From the NCBI GenBank assembly GCA_016182085.1, contig JACOYB010000008.1, positions 10,507 through 74,506 of the forward strand: a stretch of DNA of 64,000 nt, written 5' to 3'. Shown one piece after another: positions 46,663 through 56,689 of this stretch. The first letter of the stretch is position 1; the number at the start of each line of letters is the position of its first letter. The notes under the pieces were generated by a model, which saw only the letters and a program-made list of their open reading frames with translations, searched no databases and was not told where the DNA came from. The position numbers and the translations under genes are program-made. The DNA comes from Candidatus Magasanikiibacteriota bacterium (GTDB taxonomy: Bacteria > Patescibacteriota > Patescibacteriia > Magasanikbacterales > GWA2-37-8).

Positions 46663-47979
46663 TTATTTAACAAACCTAAACGGATTAGTGCGAACGCCGT
46701 TTACCCATACTTCAAAGTGAATATGGATACCGGTACGACCGCGAACATTGCCAGTGTTGCCCATCAAACCAATTGTCTGTCCGGTTTCCACACGATCACC
46801 GGCGCTCACAAGCAAGCGAGAATTGTGGCCATAGAGCGTCTTGATACCACCGCCATGATCAATAATGATTACGCAGCCATAGCCCGAATTCCAACCACAC
46901 TGTGATTTCTCTACCACACCGGCTTTAGCCGCATAGTTAGGCGTAGACAAGCTTCCGCCCGCAATATCAAGACCATGATGCTTCCAAGTAAAGTACTGGG
47001 TAATAAGCCGAACCGCGGTTGGCCATACATAACCGGAAACCGTTGGGATTTGTCTGGATGCCGCTGGCTTGGCAATTTGACTTACGGCCCGAGATGGCGA
47101 TACCGGAACTCTAACCGCAACTTTTACGCCATTTGGAATCAAAATCTTTTCTCCAATTACCAAATCCGAACCATCCGTCTTTAGTTTATTGTATTTTACA
47201 ATGTCTTCAACTGTAGCCGAATATGCCGCGGCGATCTTTTTAAGCGTATCACCCCTCTTTACCGCATGAATTACGCCGTTTATTGGTAAAATTCTTAATT
47301 TATCCCCTGGTTGCAGATAGGATCTGATACTTAAATTATTCTCCCAGAGAATTGTATTGACGCTAATTTGAAATTTGCCGGCAATACTTCCAAGCGAATC
47401 GCCTGATTGAACTATATATTCTATAATTCTATCTCTACCTCCGCTTACCGTTGCTCCAGATAAAATAGTGGGTTTAGATAAAGCCGTACCCCCAGCCACT
47501 ACCGTGCCAAGTTCCACGGTTTCAAACCCGCTATGAGTAAATTGATCGGGGCTTAATGCGCCGGTTTTCCAATCCGGAGTTACCGTATTATCAAAATTCG
47601 TAGCTACCGTGGCAGTGATTTCCTCTACGCTATAGTCTTCCTCATCGGAAGGCGTTAGAGAATAGGCCACGGTCTGTCTGCCGGGGACATCAAGTTCTTT
47701 TTTGGCATACAGCTTGGTCTGGGGCAAAGCCACCACAAACAAAACCACAAATATTATGACTTGCAGGTTGTCTCGTTTTACCAGCTGGCCATCCAGCCCG
47801 GCTGCGCCCAGGATCCTCTTTATAAAGTAGTTTATTTTATAGTGTAATAACCCTATAAAACGTAAGGGCAGAACAAATATTTTGGCTAAAACAAAAAAAA
47901 TTTTGGCTCCAGTCCACCAAAACAGTCTTTTCAGGTATATCAACCCTTTCAGGCTTTTTAACAGAATTTTATAGCGCAT
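46663..47979 (-). CDS. M23-family metallopeptidase with two LysM domains
   Basis: LysM segments (GDSLGSIAGKFQISVNTILWENNL; GDTLKKIAAAYSATVEDIVKYNKL). The C-terminal M23 core is HHGLDIAG…IIDHGGGIKTLYGHNS…GNTGNVRGRTGIHIHFEV. Confidence 0.85.
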   Translation of the reverse strand: MRYKILLKSLKGLIYLKRLFWWTGAKIFFVLAKIFVLPLRFIGLLHYKINYFIKRILGAAGLDGQLVKRDNLQVIIFVVLFVVALPQTKLYAKKELDVPGRQTVAYSLTPSDEEDYSVEEITATVATNFDNTVTPDWKTGALSPDQFTHSGFETVELGTVVAGGTALSKPTILSGATVSGGRDRIIEYIVQSGDSLGSIAGKFQISVNTILWENNLSIRSYLQPGDKLRILPINGVIHAVKRGDTLKKIAAAYSATVEDIVKYNKLKTDGSDLVIGEKILIPNGVKVAVRVPVSPSRAVSQIAKPAASRQIPTVSGYVWPTAVRLITQYFTWKHHGLDIAGGSLSTPNYAAKAGVVEKSQCGWNSGYGCVIIIDHGGGIKTLYGHNSRLLVSAGDRVETGQTIGLMGNTGNVRGRTGIHIHFEVWVNGVRTNPFRFVK

Positions 47980-48124
47980 ACAGCTTGACGTAGAACGTAT
48001 CTTAACATATCATACTGTTTAAAACAACCGACCGGTATGTTCCGGTTAATGCCTAATTACAGCCATTATACCAACCGTTTTTCATCAAAATTTATCGTTT
48101 TAATCATTTTTAACTTAGGAATCT

Positions 48125-50110
48125 ATGACCGTAGTTCTCTACGCAATATTGCCGGCAGTTTTGGCAATAGTTTATGGTGTAATTTTAATTGGCTGGATCA
48201 ACAAACAGCCATCGGGCGATGACCGCATGAAGGCTATTGCTAAAGCTATTCAGGAAGGAGCCAATGCCTACCTTGGCAGACAGTATAAAACTATTGCCTT
48301 GGTTGCGGCGGCAGTATTTGTGTTAATAGCTGTTAAGGTAAATTTGGTCACTGGTCTTGGATTCTTAACCGGAGCCGTACTATCCGGACTCGCCGGCATC
48401 ATTGGCATGAACGTATGCGTACGAGCCAATATCCGCACGGCTGAAGCTGCCAAAAAGGGCATGGCTGAAGCGTTAAACGTTGCCGTACGCGGCGGTGCAA
48501 CTACTGGATTACTGGTTGTCGGTTTAGGATTACTCGGTGTCGCCGGTTTTTATATTATTACTAAAGATTTATCTGCTTTAATCGGCCTGGCTTTTGGCGG
48601 CAGTTTGATTTCAGTTTTTGCCAGAATTGGCGGCGGCATTTTCACCAAAGCTGCGGATGTGGGCGCGGATTTGGTTGGCAAGGTGGAAAAAGGTATTCCT
48701 GAAGACGATCCTCGCAACCCGGCCGTAATTGCCGATAATGTGGGCGATAATGTTGGCGATGATGCTGGTATGGCTGCTGACCTATTTGAAACATACGCCG
48801 TAACCGCAATCGCAGCTATGGTACTGGCCGGATTACTATTTGTGGGCAACGAAAAAGCTATCATCTACCCACTGGTTTTAGGTGGCGTATCTGTTGTTGC
48901 TTCAATTGTCGGAACATTCTTTATCCGCTTAGGTAAAAAACAAAATATCATGCATGCTTTATACAAAGGTTTGGTTGCGGCTGGTGTTCTATCGGCAATT
49001 GCCTTTTATCCGGTTACCAAATGGCTCATGAGCGGATTAAATGGTTATAGTGTAACTAATATTTACCTCTCCGCCTTGGTTGGCTTGGTATTATCCGGCC
49101 TTATGGTTTGGATTACTGAATATTACACTTCTACCGAATATGCTCCGGTAAAACAAATTGCCAAAGCCAGCGAAACCGGCCACGGCACCAATGTTATTGC
49201 CGGTTTGGCAGTTTCCATGAAATCCACCGCTTGGCCAGTGTTATTTATCGTGGCTGCTATCCTTACTACTTATTGGCTGGCCGGATTATACGGTGTGGCT
49301 GTAGCTGCCATGAGCATGTTATCTCTGGCTGGAATTATTGTAACCATTGATGCCTACGGCCCAATTACCGATAATGCGGGCGGTATCGCAGAAATGAGCG
49401 AGCTTCCAGAAAATGTTCGTGAAATTACCGACAAATTAGACGCGGTTGGCAATACCACCAAAGCCGTTACCAAAGGTTATGCAATTGCCAGCGCGGCACT
49501 AGCATCACTTGTGCTATTTGCCGACTTCACCCATAAACTTCCAGATTCCGTACAATTCTTAATCAATGATCCAAAAGTGCTTGCCGGTCTATTTATCGGC
49601 GGATTATTGCCATATTTATTTGGCTCTCTGCTTATGGAATCCGTTGGCAAGGTAGCTGGAAAGGTTGTAGAAGAAGTTCGTAGACAATTTAGAGAAATCC
49701 CAGGAATCATGGAACGCACCAACAAACCGGATTACGGTAAAGCCGTAGATATTGTTACCAAAGGCGCAATTAACCAGATGGTCTTACCGGCTGTTATTCC
49801 TGTACTTGCACCAATATTAGTTGGTTGGTTATTGGGCGTAGAGGCTTTGGGCGGATTATTGCTTGGTACAATCATTACCGGTTTGTTTGTAGCAATTTCC
49901 ATGACTACCGGCGGCGGCGCTTGGGATAATGCTAAAAAATATATTGAAAAAGGAAACTACGGCGGCAAGGGTTCTTTTGCCCACCAGGCCGCGGTAACCG
50001 GCGATACGGTTGGCGATCCATACAAAGATACTGCCGGCCCAGCCATTAACCCGATGATTAAAGTGGCAAATATTGTGGCGCTACTAATAGTGGGATTACT
50101 AATAAAATAA
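48125..50110 (+). CDS. hppA: Membrane-bound proton/sodium-translocating pyrophosphatase
   Basis: H+-PPase signatures are present: [19 protein letters not shown] and [21 protein letters not shown]. It is polytopic. Confidence 0.9.
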   Translation: MTVVLYAILPAVLAIVYGVILIGWINKQPSGDDRMKAIAKAIQEGANAYLGRQYKTIALVAAAVFVLIAVKVNLVTGLGFLTGAVLSGLAGIIGMNVCVRANIRTAEAAKKGMAEALNVAVRGGATTGLLVVGLGLLGVAGFYIITKDLSALIGLAFGGSLISVFARIGGGIFTKAADVGADLVGKVEKGIPEDDPRNPAVIADNVGDNVGDDAGMAADLFETYAVTAIAAMVLAGLLFVGNEKAIIYPLVLGGVSVVASIVGTFFIRLGKKQNIMHALYKGLVAAGVLSAIAFYPVTKWLMSGLNGYSVTNIYLSALVGLVLSGLMVWITEYYTSTEYAPVKQIAKASETGHGTNVIAGLAVSMKSTAWPVLFIVAAILTTYWLAGLYGVAVAAMSMLSLAGIIVTIDAYGPITDNAGGIAEMSELPENVREITDKLDAVGNTTKAVTKGYAIASAALASLVLFADFTHKLPDSVQFLINDPKVLAGLFIGGLLPYLFGSLLMESVGKVAGKVVEEVRRQFREIPGIMERTNKPDYGKAVDIVTKGAINQMVLPAVIPVLAPILVGWLLGVEALGGLLLGTIITGLFVAISMTTGGGAWDNAKKYIEKGNYGGKGSFAHQAAVTGDTVGDPYKDTAGPAINPMIKVANIVALLIVGLLIK

Positions 50111-50126
50111 AATTTTACATTAACTT

Positions 50127-50190
50127 ACTGTCATCCTGAACTTGTTTCAGGATCTAAAAGAAGGTTACTAAACACGACCTTCTTTTTGTT
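50127..50190 (+). terminator. Palindromic unit plus rho-independent terminator after hppA
   Basis: atcctgaa-cttgtt-tcaggat is a repeat-family unit also found at 61795. It is followed by aagaaggt…accttct and tttttgtt. Confidence 0.6.
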
Positions 50191-50263
50191 AATTAAAAAA
50201 GTCCCGGGCAGAAACTTGTTCTGCGACAGGACTTGGACCGTGGTAACCGAGGTACGCGCCGAG

Positions 50264-50518
50264 CTACCTCGCCAGGTTTCTCTCATGCTCCTCCTTGGTC
50301 ATGCACCCGCATTCGCCTCGCTTACACTCCTCCTTGTAGGCAGAACGCAACCGATTGGCGAGATCCTGGAGACACGTTGGACACTCCTGGACGGGAATGC
50401 CCAAGGCGTCGAGGAAACCGTCCTTCTCGCGCTGAATGCACTGCTTCTCCAGATCGCTTCCGGGTTGTGCCGTGTGCACATGACCGGACGGACATTGAAC
50501 ATTGTATTTGGTCTCCAT
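50264..50518 (-). CDS. Cys-rich small protein (84 aa) in a GC-rich island
   Basis: METKYNVQCPSGH…CPTC…C..GECGC contains seven Cys. A minus-strand TTGACT-N17-TAGACT promoter at 50538-50565 and a GGGGA SD precede it. A terminator hairpin plus T6 lies at 50195-50236. Confidence 0.55.
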   Translation of the reverse strand: METKYNVQCPSGHVHTAQPGSDLEKQCIQREKDGFLDALGIPVQECPTCLQDLANRLRSAYKEECKRGECGCMTKEEHERNLAR

Positions 50519-50651
50519 GGATTCCCCTTTGAAACGAGTCTAGCATAAAATATCTCTAAAGTCAATGTATCCCGTATCTAAACATGATTACCCGTTGCCT
50601 TGACATTTTACTATTTTTCCATTAAAATTAGCGGGTAATAAACTCATTTTT

Positions 50652-50800
50652 GTCATTCCCGCCACAAGCGGGAATCCAAACAATTAATTGTACACTGAAT
50701 TCCCAATCAAGCCTGCCTGTAGGCAGACAGGTTGGGATGACAGACAGAGATCCCTCGTCATCCCGAGTACTCGGGACTCGCTCGGGATGACAAATCCGCG
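50652..50800. repeat. Cluster of about 4 palindromic units of the GTCATCC…GGATGAC family
   Basis: The units are gtcattcccgccacaagcgggaatcc, gggatgac…gtcatccc and gtcatcccgag-tactcgggactcg-ctcgggatgac. Confidence 0.65.
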
Positions 50801-50833
50801 TAATCCACACTTTAAATCTGTGTAATCAATAAT

Positions 50834-52120
50834 ATGAAATACGAACTCAAAACCATAGAAAAATCCCAAGTGGAACTAACCATTACCGTGGAACCAAATG
50901 ATTATAAAAAGAATCTTGAAGACGCGGCTGTGCGCATTTCTGAGCGGGCCGCTATTGCCGGTTTCCGCCCGGGCAAAGCCCCTTATGACAAAGTAAAACA
51001 ACAGGTCGGTGAAATCCGCATTATTGAAGAAGCTATGCAGAGCATTGTGGAAAAGAATTTTTTCCACGCTGCCAAAGAAGCCAAAATTGATACGGTGGGT
51101 ATGCCGCAAATTACCATCACCAAAATCGCTCCGGGCAATGACTTGGTTTTCACTGCCACTGTGGCCTTACTCCCTAAAATTACCTTGGGTGATTTGGCAA
51201 CTGTAAAAGTAAAACATCAAGCCAAGGAAATTACTGATGCTGAAGTTGATACGGTTTTAAACGATTTGAAAAAAATGCAGACCAAAGAAATTCTTAAATC
51301 CGGCCCGGCTGCCAAAGAAGACAAACTGATAGTAAACCTGGAAATGTTTTTGGACAAAGTTCCGGTTGAAGGCGGACAAGCTCCAAACCACCAAGTATAC
51401 TTAAACGAACCCCACTATATTCCCGGCCTCGCCGAACAACTGATCGGCCTGCAAAAAGATGATACCAAAGAATTTTCTTTGAAATTTCCCAAAGATCATT
51501 ACCAAAAACATTTAGCTGGCAAAGACACGGATTTTAAAGTAAGAGTAAACGATGTGTTTGAATTGCAATACCCGGAACTTAATGACGAGTTTGCCAAATC
51601 TTTGGGTCAAAAAAACATGGAAAAACTAAAAAATATCATTAAAGAAAACTTGGTTCAGGAAGCTAAACAAAAAGACGACCAAAAAATTGAAATAGAAATT
51701 TTGGATCAAATGATTGAAGCGAGCGCTATTTCCGAAATTCCAGATGTGCTTATTAACACCGAAAAGAATAAAATCTTCCAGGAACTTAAACGCAGTTTGG
51801 AAACCCAGGGCATTGAAATGGAAAAATACCTAAATGACTTAAAGAAAACCGAAGAGGATATTTATAAGGACTTCACCGAGCAAGCTACTCGTCGTGTTAA
51901 AGCCGCGCTGGTTTCTCGCCAAGTAGCTTTGGATAATAATATCAAAGCTGAAAAAACGGATATTGATGAAGAGGTAAAACAAATTAAAGCCGCTTATCCG
52001 GATAATAAAAATGTGGAAGAGAACCTAAAAAAACCGGAAGTAATTGACACCTTGGCTCTCACTATACAGAATAGAAAAGTAATGGCTTGGCTAAAGGAAA
52101 AAATTGCGGGGGAAAAATAA
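50834..52120 (+). CDS. tig: Trigger factor
   Basis: The N-terminal ribosome-binding domain (MKYELKTIEKSQVELTITVEP…AGFRPGKAPYDKV) and overall length match Tig. Confidence 0.9.
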   Translation: MKYELKTIEKSQVELTITVEPNDYKKNLEDAAVRISERAAIAGFRPGKAPYDKVKQQVGEIRIIEEAMQSIVEKNFFHAAKEAKIDTVGMPQITITKIAPGNDLVFTATVALLPKITLGDLATVKVKHQAKEITDAEVDTVLNDLKKMQTKEILKSGPAAKEDKLIVNLEMFLDKVPVEGGQAPNHQVYLNEPHYIPGLAEQLIGLQKDDTKEFSLKFPKDHYQKHLAGKDTDFKVRVNDVFELQYPELNDEFAKSLGQKNMEKLKNIIKENLVQEAKQKDDQKIEIEILDQMIEASAISEIPDVLINTEKNKIFQELKRSLETQGIEMEKYLNDLKKTEEDIYKDFTEQATRRVKAALVSRQVALDNNIKAEKTDIDEEVKQIKAAYPDNKNVEENLKKPEVIDTLALTIQNRKVMAWLKEKIAGEK

Positions 52121-52204
52121 AGGCACTATATTTACTTCTATAAAAAAATAATATACCATTACCTGGTATATTATTTTTTAACTGTCATTTTAATACTTTA
52201 ACGT

Positions 52205-53050
52205 ATGTACTTCGGCGCGCACGTCTCTATTGCCGGCGGACTGCCCAATGCCCCTATTAACGCGGCTGCAATCGGCTGTGAGGTTTTTCAGATGTTTTCC
52301 CGCTCTCCCCGTGGCGGCTGGGTAGCTCCGCTAGACAAAAAAATTGCCAAGCAATTTAAAGATAACTGCAAAGCCAATAACCAAAAAGAGTGGTATATTC
52401 ACGCGCCCTACTTTATCAATTTTGCTTCTATAAATCCCAAAATAAAATACGGATCTGTATCTGTCTTAAAGCAAGAATTGGAACGCGGCTCCATGCTCGG
52501 CGCTACCTATGTTATGACCCACCTGGGCAGTTATAAAGATGTGGGAAAAGAGGAAGGATATAAACAGTTGGCCGAGGGATTAGAACAAGTAATGAAAGGA
52601 TACAAAGGCTCAACTCAATTTTTAATTGAAATTTCTGCCGGCGCAGGCACGGTTATTGGCGATACATTTGATGAAGTTGGCAAAGCATTGCACCATAAAA
52701 AAATAGAAAAATATAATATTGGTGTTTGTTACGATACACAGCATGCGTTTGCCAGCGGCTATGATTGCCGCACTCCAGAGGTTTTTAAAAAAACATTAAA
52801 CGAGTTTGATAAATACATTGGGCTGGACAGGCTAAAAATGTTCCACTGCAACGACTCCAAGACTGAGCTGGGTTCTCATAAAGATAGGCATGAACATATC
52901 GGCAAAGGCAATATCGGCTTAGCCGGTTTTAAAACTATTTTATCCGACAAAAGATTACAAAATATAAACTTCATTGCCGAAACCGAACATGATGAAATTG
53001 TGGAGGATTTAAAAATCCTCAAAAAAATAAGACAGAAATCCCTGAACTAA
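52205..53050 (+). CDS. nfo: Endonuclease IV (AP endonuclease family 2)
   Basis: MYFGAHVSIAGG…HAPYFINFAS…VMTHLGS…GVCYDTQHAFASGYD…HCNDSK…HEHIGKG are the metal-ligand motifs of Nfo. Confidence 0.9.
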   Translation: MYFGAHVSIAGGLPNAPINAAAIGCEVFQMFSRSPRGGWVAPLDKKIAKQFKDNCKANNQKEWYIHAPYFINFASINPKIKYGSVSVLKQELERGSMLGATYVMTHLGSYKDVGKEEGYKQLAEGLEQVMKGYKGSTQFLIEISAGAGTVIGDTFDEVGKALHHKKIEKYNIGVCYDTQHAFASGYDCRTPEVFKKTLNEFDKYIGLDRLKMFHCNDSKTELGSHKDRHEHIGKGNIGLAGFKTILSDKRLQNINFIAETEHDEIVEDLKILKKIRQKSLN

Positions 53051-53716
53051 TTATTGCCTCAAATTTCTCGCAGTAGCCTTATATGCTTTATTTAATATTT
53101 GAAATAAATAATTAACACCGGCTACATAATTTCCGCCATCAGCAGCATTCAAAGCGTCCAAATATTTATCCTTGTTTTTATTTATAATAGAATTTATCAT
53201 AACTGGGTATGTCAATTCTGACAGGTGCTCAAAGCGTAAAACCAAGCACATTAATAATCTTGCCATTTTACCATTTCCATCAGTAAATGGATGGATTATA
53301 ACGAACTTATGGTGAATATACCAAGCAATAAATAATTTAATAGTTAATTCCCTATCAATCTTTTTTGTTGGTTTATTTACTACATATTTCAAAAATGCTT
53401 TTTTATACATTGGCGCCCATCTACGCTTATTATTAATAAATTCAATTAAATTTAAAATCTCGGCTTGTATAAGCCACGGCTCACTTGGATTAAAAGTTTT
53501 TCCCTCTATTTTCAATTCGTGCAAAGCTGTTCTGTATTTTCCTGCTTCCTTTATATTGTGCGCTAAAAGAATTTTATGTATGCCTAGAAAAAAACTCCCT
53601 GGTAATTGGAGTTTTTTTCGTTCAATTTTATCAAGCTGCCCTGCGGCTGCTGAAGTAGCACGCCGAAGATCATTTATTTTGCGCCGCATGCTTGGTATCA
53701 TATTTAACATGGGCAA
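53051..53716 (-). CDS. Fic/Doc (Fido) family protein
   Basis: The Fic motif HPFTDGNGKMARLLM, matching HPFx[DE]GNG[RK], is present. Confidence 0.8.
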   Translation of the reverse strand: MPMLNMIPSMRRKINDLRRATSAAAGQLDKIERKKLQLPGSFFLGIHKILLAHNIKEAGKYRTALHELKIEGKTFNPSEPWLIQAEILNLIEFINNKRRWAPMYKKAFLKYVVNKPTKKIDRELTIKLFIAWYIHHKFVIIHPFTDGNGKMARLLMCLVLRFEHLSELTYPVMINSIINKNKDKYLDALNAADGGNYVAGVNYLFQILNKAYKATARNLRQ

Positions 53717-53895
53717 AATTTATGTTTTTCTTCTATTTCTACTGAGCTTTGACTTTCTGCGTCAATCAACCTATTAGTTATTTCCTTTCTATCATTCTCG
53801 TTTAATTTTTTGAATTCGCCAAAAGAATCCCTATATATTCTTATAGCACCATGCAAGCCCTTTAGTTGTTTTGTATCAATTTTTAATTTTTTCAT
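53704..53895 (-). CDS. Small ORF (63 aa) overlapping the Fic start by 13 nt, a possible antitoxin-like partner
   Basis: It overlaps the Fic gene and is charged, helical and ends …HKFCPC. There is no clear [ST]xxxE[GN] inhibitory motif. Confidence 0.35.
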   Translation of the reverse strand: MKKLKIDTKQLKGLHGAIRIYRDSFGEFKKLNENDRKEITNRLIDAESQSSVEIEEKHKFCPC

Positions 53896-53953
53896 ACTAT
53901 ATCACCTTACAGTTATTATATTACTATAAAAAATCTAATTTTGCAACCTACTT

Positions 53954-54226
53954 TTACGGAAGATCCTCTCCACCCTTACCCCATGGATTACAACGCAAAA
54001 TCCTCCAAGCTGCCTTAAAACCGCCTACCACTAGGCCGTTTTTTTTTATTGTTTGGTAGCCATACTCGCTGCAAGTGGGATAAAACCGGCAATACCCATA
54101 AGGAAACGCCCGTTTAAATAGGCCGTGGTCAGGAGAAATAGTTTTTTGATAAAGTTTTATTAATAATAAAATAGGCATTCTTGGCAGAAATAAGAGAAAA
54201 TTTATTATTCTTTTAATCATAATCAT
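53954..54226 (-). CDS. yidD: Membrane protein insertion efficiency factor YidD
   Basis: …[61 protein letters not shown] is the YidD signature. The start is trimmed out of the upstream palindrome. Confidence 0.8.
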   Translation of the reverse strand: MIMIKRIINFLLFLPRMPILLLIKLYQKTISPDHGLFKRAFPYGYCRFYPTCSEYGYQTIKKNGLVVGGFKAAWRILRCNPWGKGGEDLP

Positions 54227-54229
54227 CTT

Positions 54230-54296
54230 TGTCATTCCCGCCAAAGCGGGAATCTAGTCGACAATTGTCTGGATTCCCGCTTTGGCGGGAATGACA
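54230..54296. repeat. 67-bp near-perfect palindrome made of two inverted GTCATTCCCGCCAAAGCGGGAATC units
   Basis: tgtcattcccgccaaagcgggaatc-tagtcgacaattgtctg-gattcccgctttggcgggaatgaca lies between rnpA and yidD. Confidence 0.8.
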
Positions 54297-54302
54297 ATAA
54301 AA

Positions 54303-54698
54303 CTAAACTTTTAAAACCTTCGCTTTAGATAATAATACTTTTATTTCTTGGCTAATCTCTGGGTAATTTTTATTCAAAATATCTTTTTTTGCTACCACAA
54401 GTATATAGTAGCCATTTTTTATGGCCCCATCCTTAATTAACAGCCGAACAGCCTCACGGATCTGTCTGCGAACTCGGTTGCGCTTCACGGCGCTTTTATG
54501 CACTTTTAATCCCGTAGAAATTGCTAGCTTTAGCTGATTTTTAAAACTTTCCGGATCCTCTTTTTTTGGAAAAAAGTTTTGATTTTTGGCTAATTCTAGG
54601 GCCTTTATATCCAAAAACTGGCCATTTACCCAGCGACCATGCTTTAAAATTAAATTAAAATCCCTAACTTTTCTTAAACGATTGTCTTGTTGCAGCAT
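54303..54698 (-). CDS. rnpA: RNase P protein component
   Basis: The RNR motif KSAVKRNRVRRQIREA is present, in rpmH-rnpA-yidD context. Confidence 0.85.
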   Translation of the reverse strand: MLQQDNRLRKVRDFNLILKHGRWVNGQFLDIKALELAKNQNFFPKKEDPESFKNQLKLAISTGLKVHKSAVKRNRVRRQIREAVRLLIKDGAIKNGYYILVVAKKDILNKNYPEISQEIKVLLSKAKVLKV

Positions 54699-54706
54699 AA
54701 TAAAAA

Positions 54707-54825
54707 TATTATATCAGGATACCACCTTTTTGTCTTGGCAACACACCGCGGGCCAATTCGCATCGGCCGAGGTCTGAAGCGGCCAATCGCCACAGCGATT
54801 GGAACGCTGTTTGCCGAGATAAATA
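54707..54825. ncRNA. Structured element copy B, in the rpmH-rnpA intergenic spacer
   Basis: Outer stem ggataccacct…aggtggtatc. The core gcaacacaccgcgggccaattcgcatcggccgaggtctgaagcggccaatcgccacagcgattggaacgctgtttgc is homologous to copy A. It carries a compensatory change in hairpin 2 (aatcgc/gcgatt versus agtcgc/gcgact). Confidence 0.5.
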
Positions 54826-54878
54826 GGTGGTATCTAAATTAAACATAAAACCCGCGTTTCTAGCGGGTTTTATGTTTA

Positions 54879-55059
54879 ATTACCAGGTTTTTCTTGTTCT
54901 CTTGCCCTTGCGTTCGTCTGAAACCGTGAGCTTCTTTCTACCCTTAGCGCGTCTGCGGCTTAGTACCGCACGTCCACCCTTGGTTGCCATTCTGGATCGA
55001 AAACCATGGGATTTTGCTCTCTTTCTTTTTTTAGGTTGATAAGTTCTTTTTGTTGCCAT
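54879..55059 (-). CDS. rpmH: 50S ribosomal protein L34, apparently interrupted by a 1-nt frameshift near an A7 run
   Basis: Frame 1 from the ATG at 55059 gives [14 protein letters not shown] second frame gives [46 protein letters not shown] through to the stop. Together they reconstruct a typical L34. This is a manual translation. Confidence 0.55.
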
Positions 55060-55276
55060 AAACTAGCATTAAAAGTTTAAATTAAGTACCCTCATTATAG
55101 GGTTTATTTTAACAATTGTCAAGTTATACCCTGACACCAAATGGTTTAGTATGGGTTATACAGTTTGTCCACAACTTGTCCCCAGTCTTTCCCCCACCCA
55201 TTTTTAGCTAACTATTGGTCAGTTTATCTTCTTGTGATAAGATTAAAAACACTTATCATAATAAGCTCTTTATCGT

Positions 55277-56671
55277 ATGTCTAACCACGAAATATGGCAG
55301 GCCGTCCTAGCTGAACTTGAGCTTTCCATTTCCAAACCAAACTTTGTTACCTGGTTTAAAAATACAGATATCTTGTCCTATCAGGATAATTATGTTGTTT
55401 TGTGCGTCCCAAATGACTTTTACCGCGCTTGGATAGAAAAAAACTACCACCAAACCATCGTAAAATCTTTAGAGAGGGTTACCGAAAAGCCTGTAAAAAA
55501 ACTGGAATATAAAATTTTCAACATTAAAAACATTGTTCCTCAAACTCATGAGGTAAAAACTGAAAACCCCGTTCCCGAAACAAATTTAAGCACACCCGAC
55601 TTTTCTTCAAGCGAGGGTAAAATACCGCCTCGTGTCGGTGAGTTTGGCTTAAACCCAAAGTATAATTTTGAAACCTTTGTGGTTGGTGGCGGTTCAGAGC
55701 TGGCTTTTGCCGCAGCCCAGGCTGTGGTAAATAAACCCGGTGAAGCCTATAACCCACTATTTATTTATGGCGGCGTAGGGCTTGGCAAAACCCACTTGGT
55801 CCAGGCTATTGGCAACCACTTGTTAAAGGCCAGACCCAACATTAGCATCATGTATGCCAGCGCCGAGAAATTTTCCAATGATTATATTGCCTCGGTTAGA
55901 GATGGTAATGCCAAAAACTTTCAAAATCGCTATCGCAATATTGATGTGCTTTTAATTGATGATATCCAATTTATCTCGGGCAAAGACAAAACCCAAGAAT
56001 CTTTTTTCCACACCTTCAACGAACTCCACCAGCAAAACAAGCAAGTAGTAATGACCTCTGACCGCCCGCCAAAAGCTATCCCGGCCCTGGAAGACCGCTT
56101 AAAATCCCGTTTTGAATGGGGTATGATTGTGGATGTGGCTCCACCAGACCTGGAAACCAGAATCGCGATTTTGCAAAAAAAATGTGTAGAGAAGAATTTT
56201 CCGCTTAACCAAGAAATTTTACAGCTGGTTGCTACCACTATTTTCCGCAATATCCGCGAACTAGAGGGGGCTTTAAACAAAATTATCGCCCTACATCAGC
56301 TCAAAAACATGGAACCAACTGTGGAATCGGTAAAATCTCTCCTAGCTAACTCCGAGGTCAGGACTACCTACAAATCCATCACCCCCCAACAAATTATTGA
56401 AGCTGCCAGCGAATTCTTTACCATCAACATTGCTGACTTACTTGGCCAAAGCCGAGAAAAAAAATTCTCCTATCCACGCCAAATTATCATGCATCTCATG
56501 CGTAAAGAGCTGAACATGTCGTATCCGGCAATTGGCAACGAACTCGGTGGCCGCGACCACACCACCGCCATGCATGCCGACAACAAAATTAGCAATGATA
56601 TTGAACGAGACAACAAATTAAAACAAGAGATTGAACTGATTAAACAAAAATTGTATATCAATATTACCTAG
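55277..56671 (+). CDS. dnaA: Chromosomal replication initiator DnaA
   Basis: The AAA+ Walker A (GGVGLGKTHLVQAIGN), sensor motifs, and a C-terminal DNA-binding domain (…HTTAMHADNKI…) are present. Confidence 0.95.
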   Translation: MSNHEIWQAVLAELELSISKPNFVTWFKNTDILSYQDNYVVLCVPNDFYRAWIEKNYHQTIVKSLERVTEKPVKKLEYKIFNIKNIVPQTHEVKTENPVPETNLSTPDFSSSEGKIPPRVGEFGLNPKYNFETFVVGGGSELAFAAAQAVVNKPGEAYNPLFIYGGVGLGKTHLVQAIGNHLLKARPNISIMYASAEKFSNDYIASVRDGNAKNFQNRYRNIDVLLIDDIQFISGKDKTQESFFHTFNELHQQNKQVVMTSDRPPKAIPALEDRLKSRFEWGMIVDVAPPDLETRIAILQKKCVEKNFPLNQEILQLVATTIFRNIRELEGALNKIIALHQLKNMEPTVESVKSLLANSEVRTTYKSITPQQIIEAASEFFTINIADLLGQSREKKFSYPRQIIMHLMRKELNMSYPAIGNELGGRDHTTAMHADNKISNDIERDNKLKQEIELIKQKLYINIT

Positions 56672-56689
56672 CAAATATAAAAATACCTG

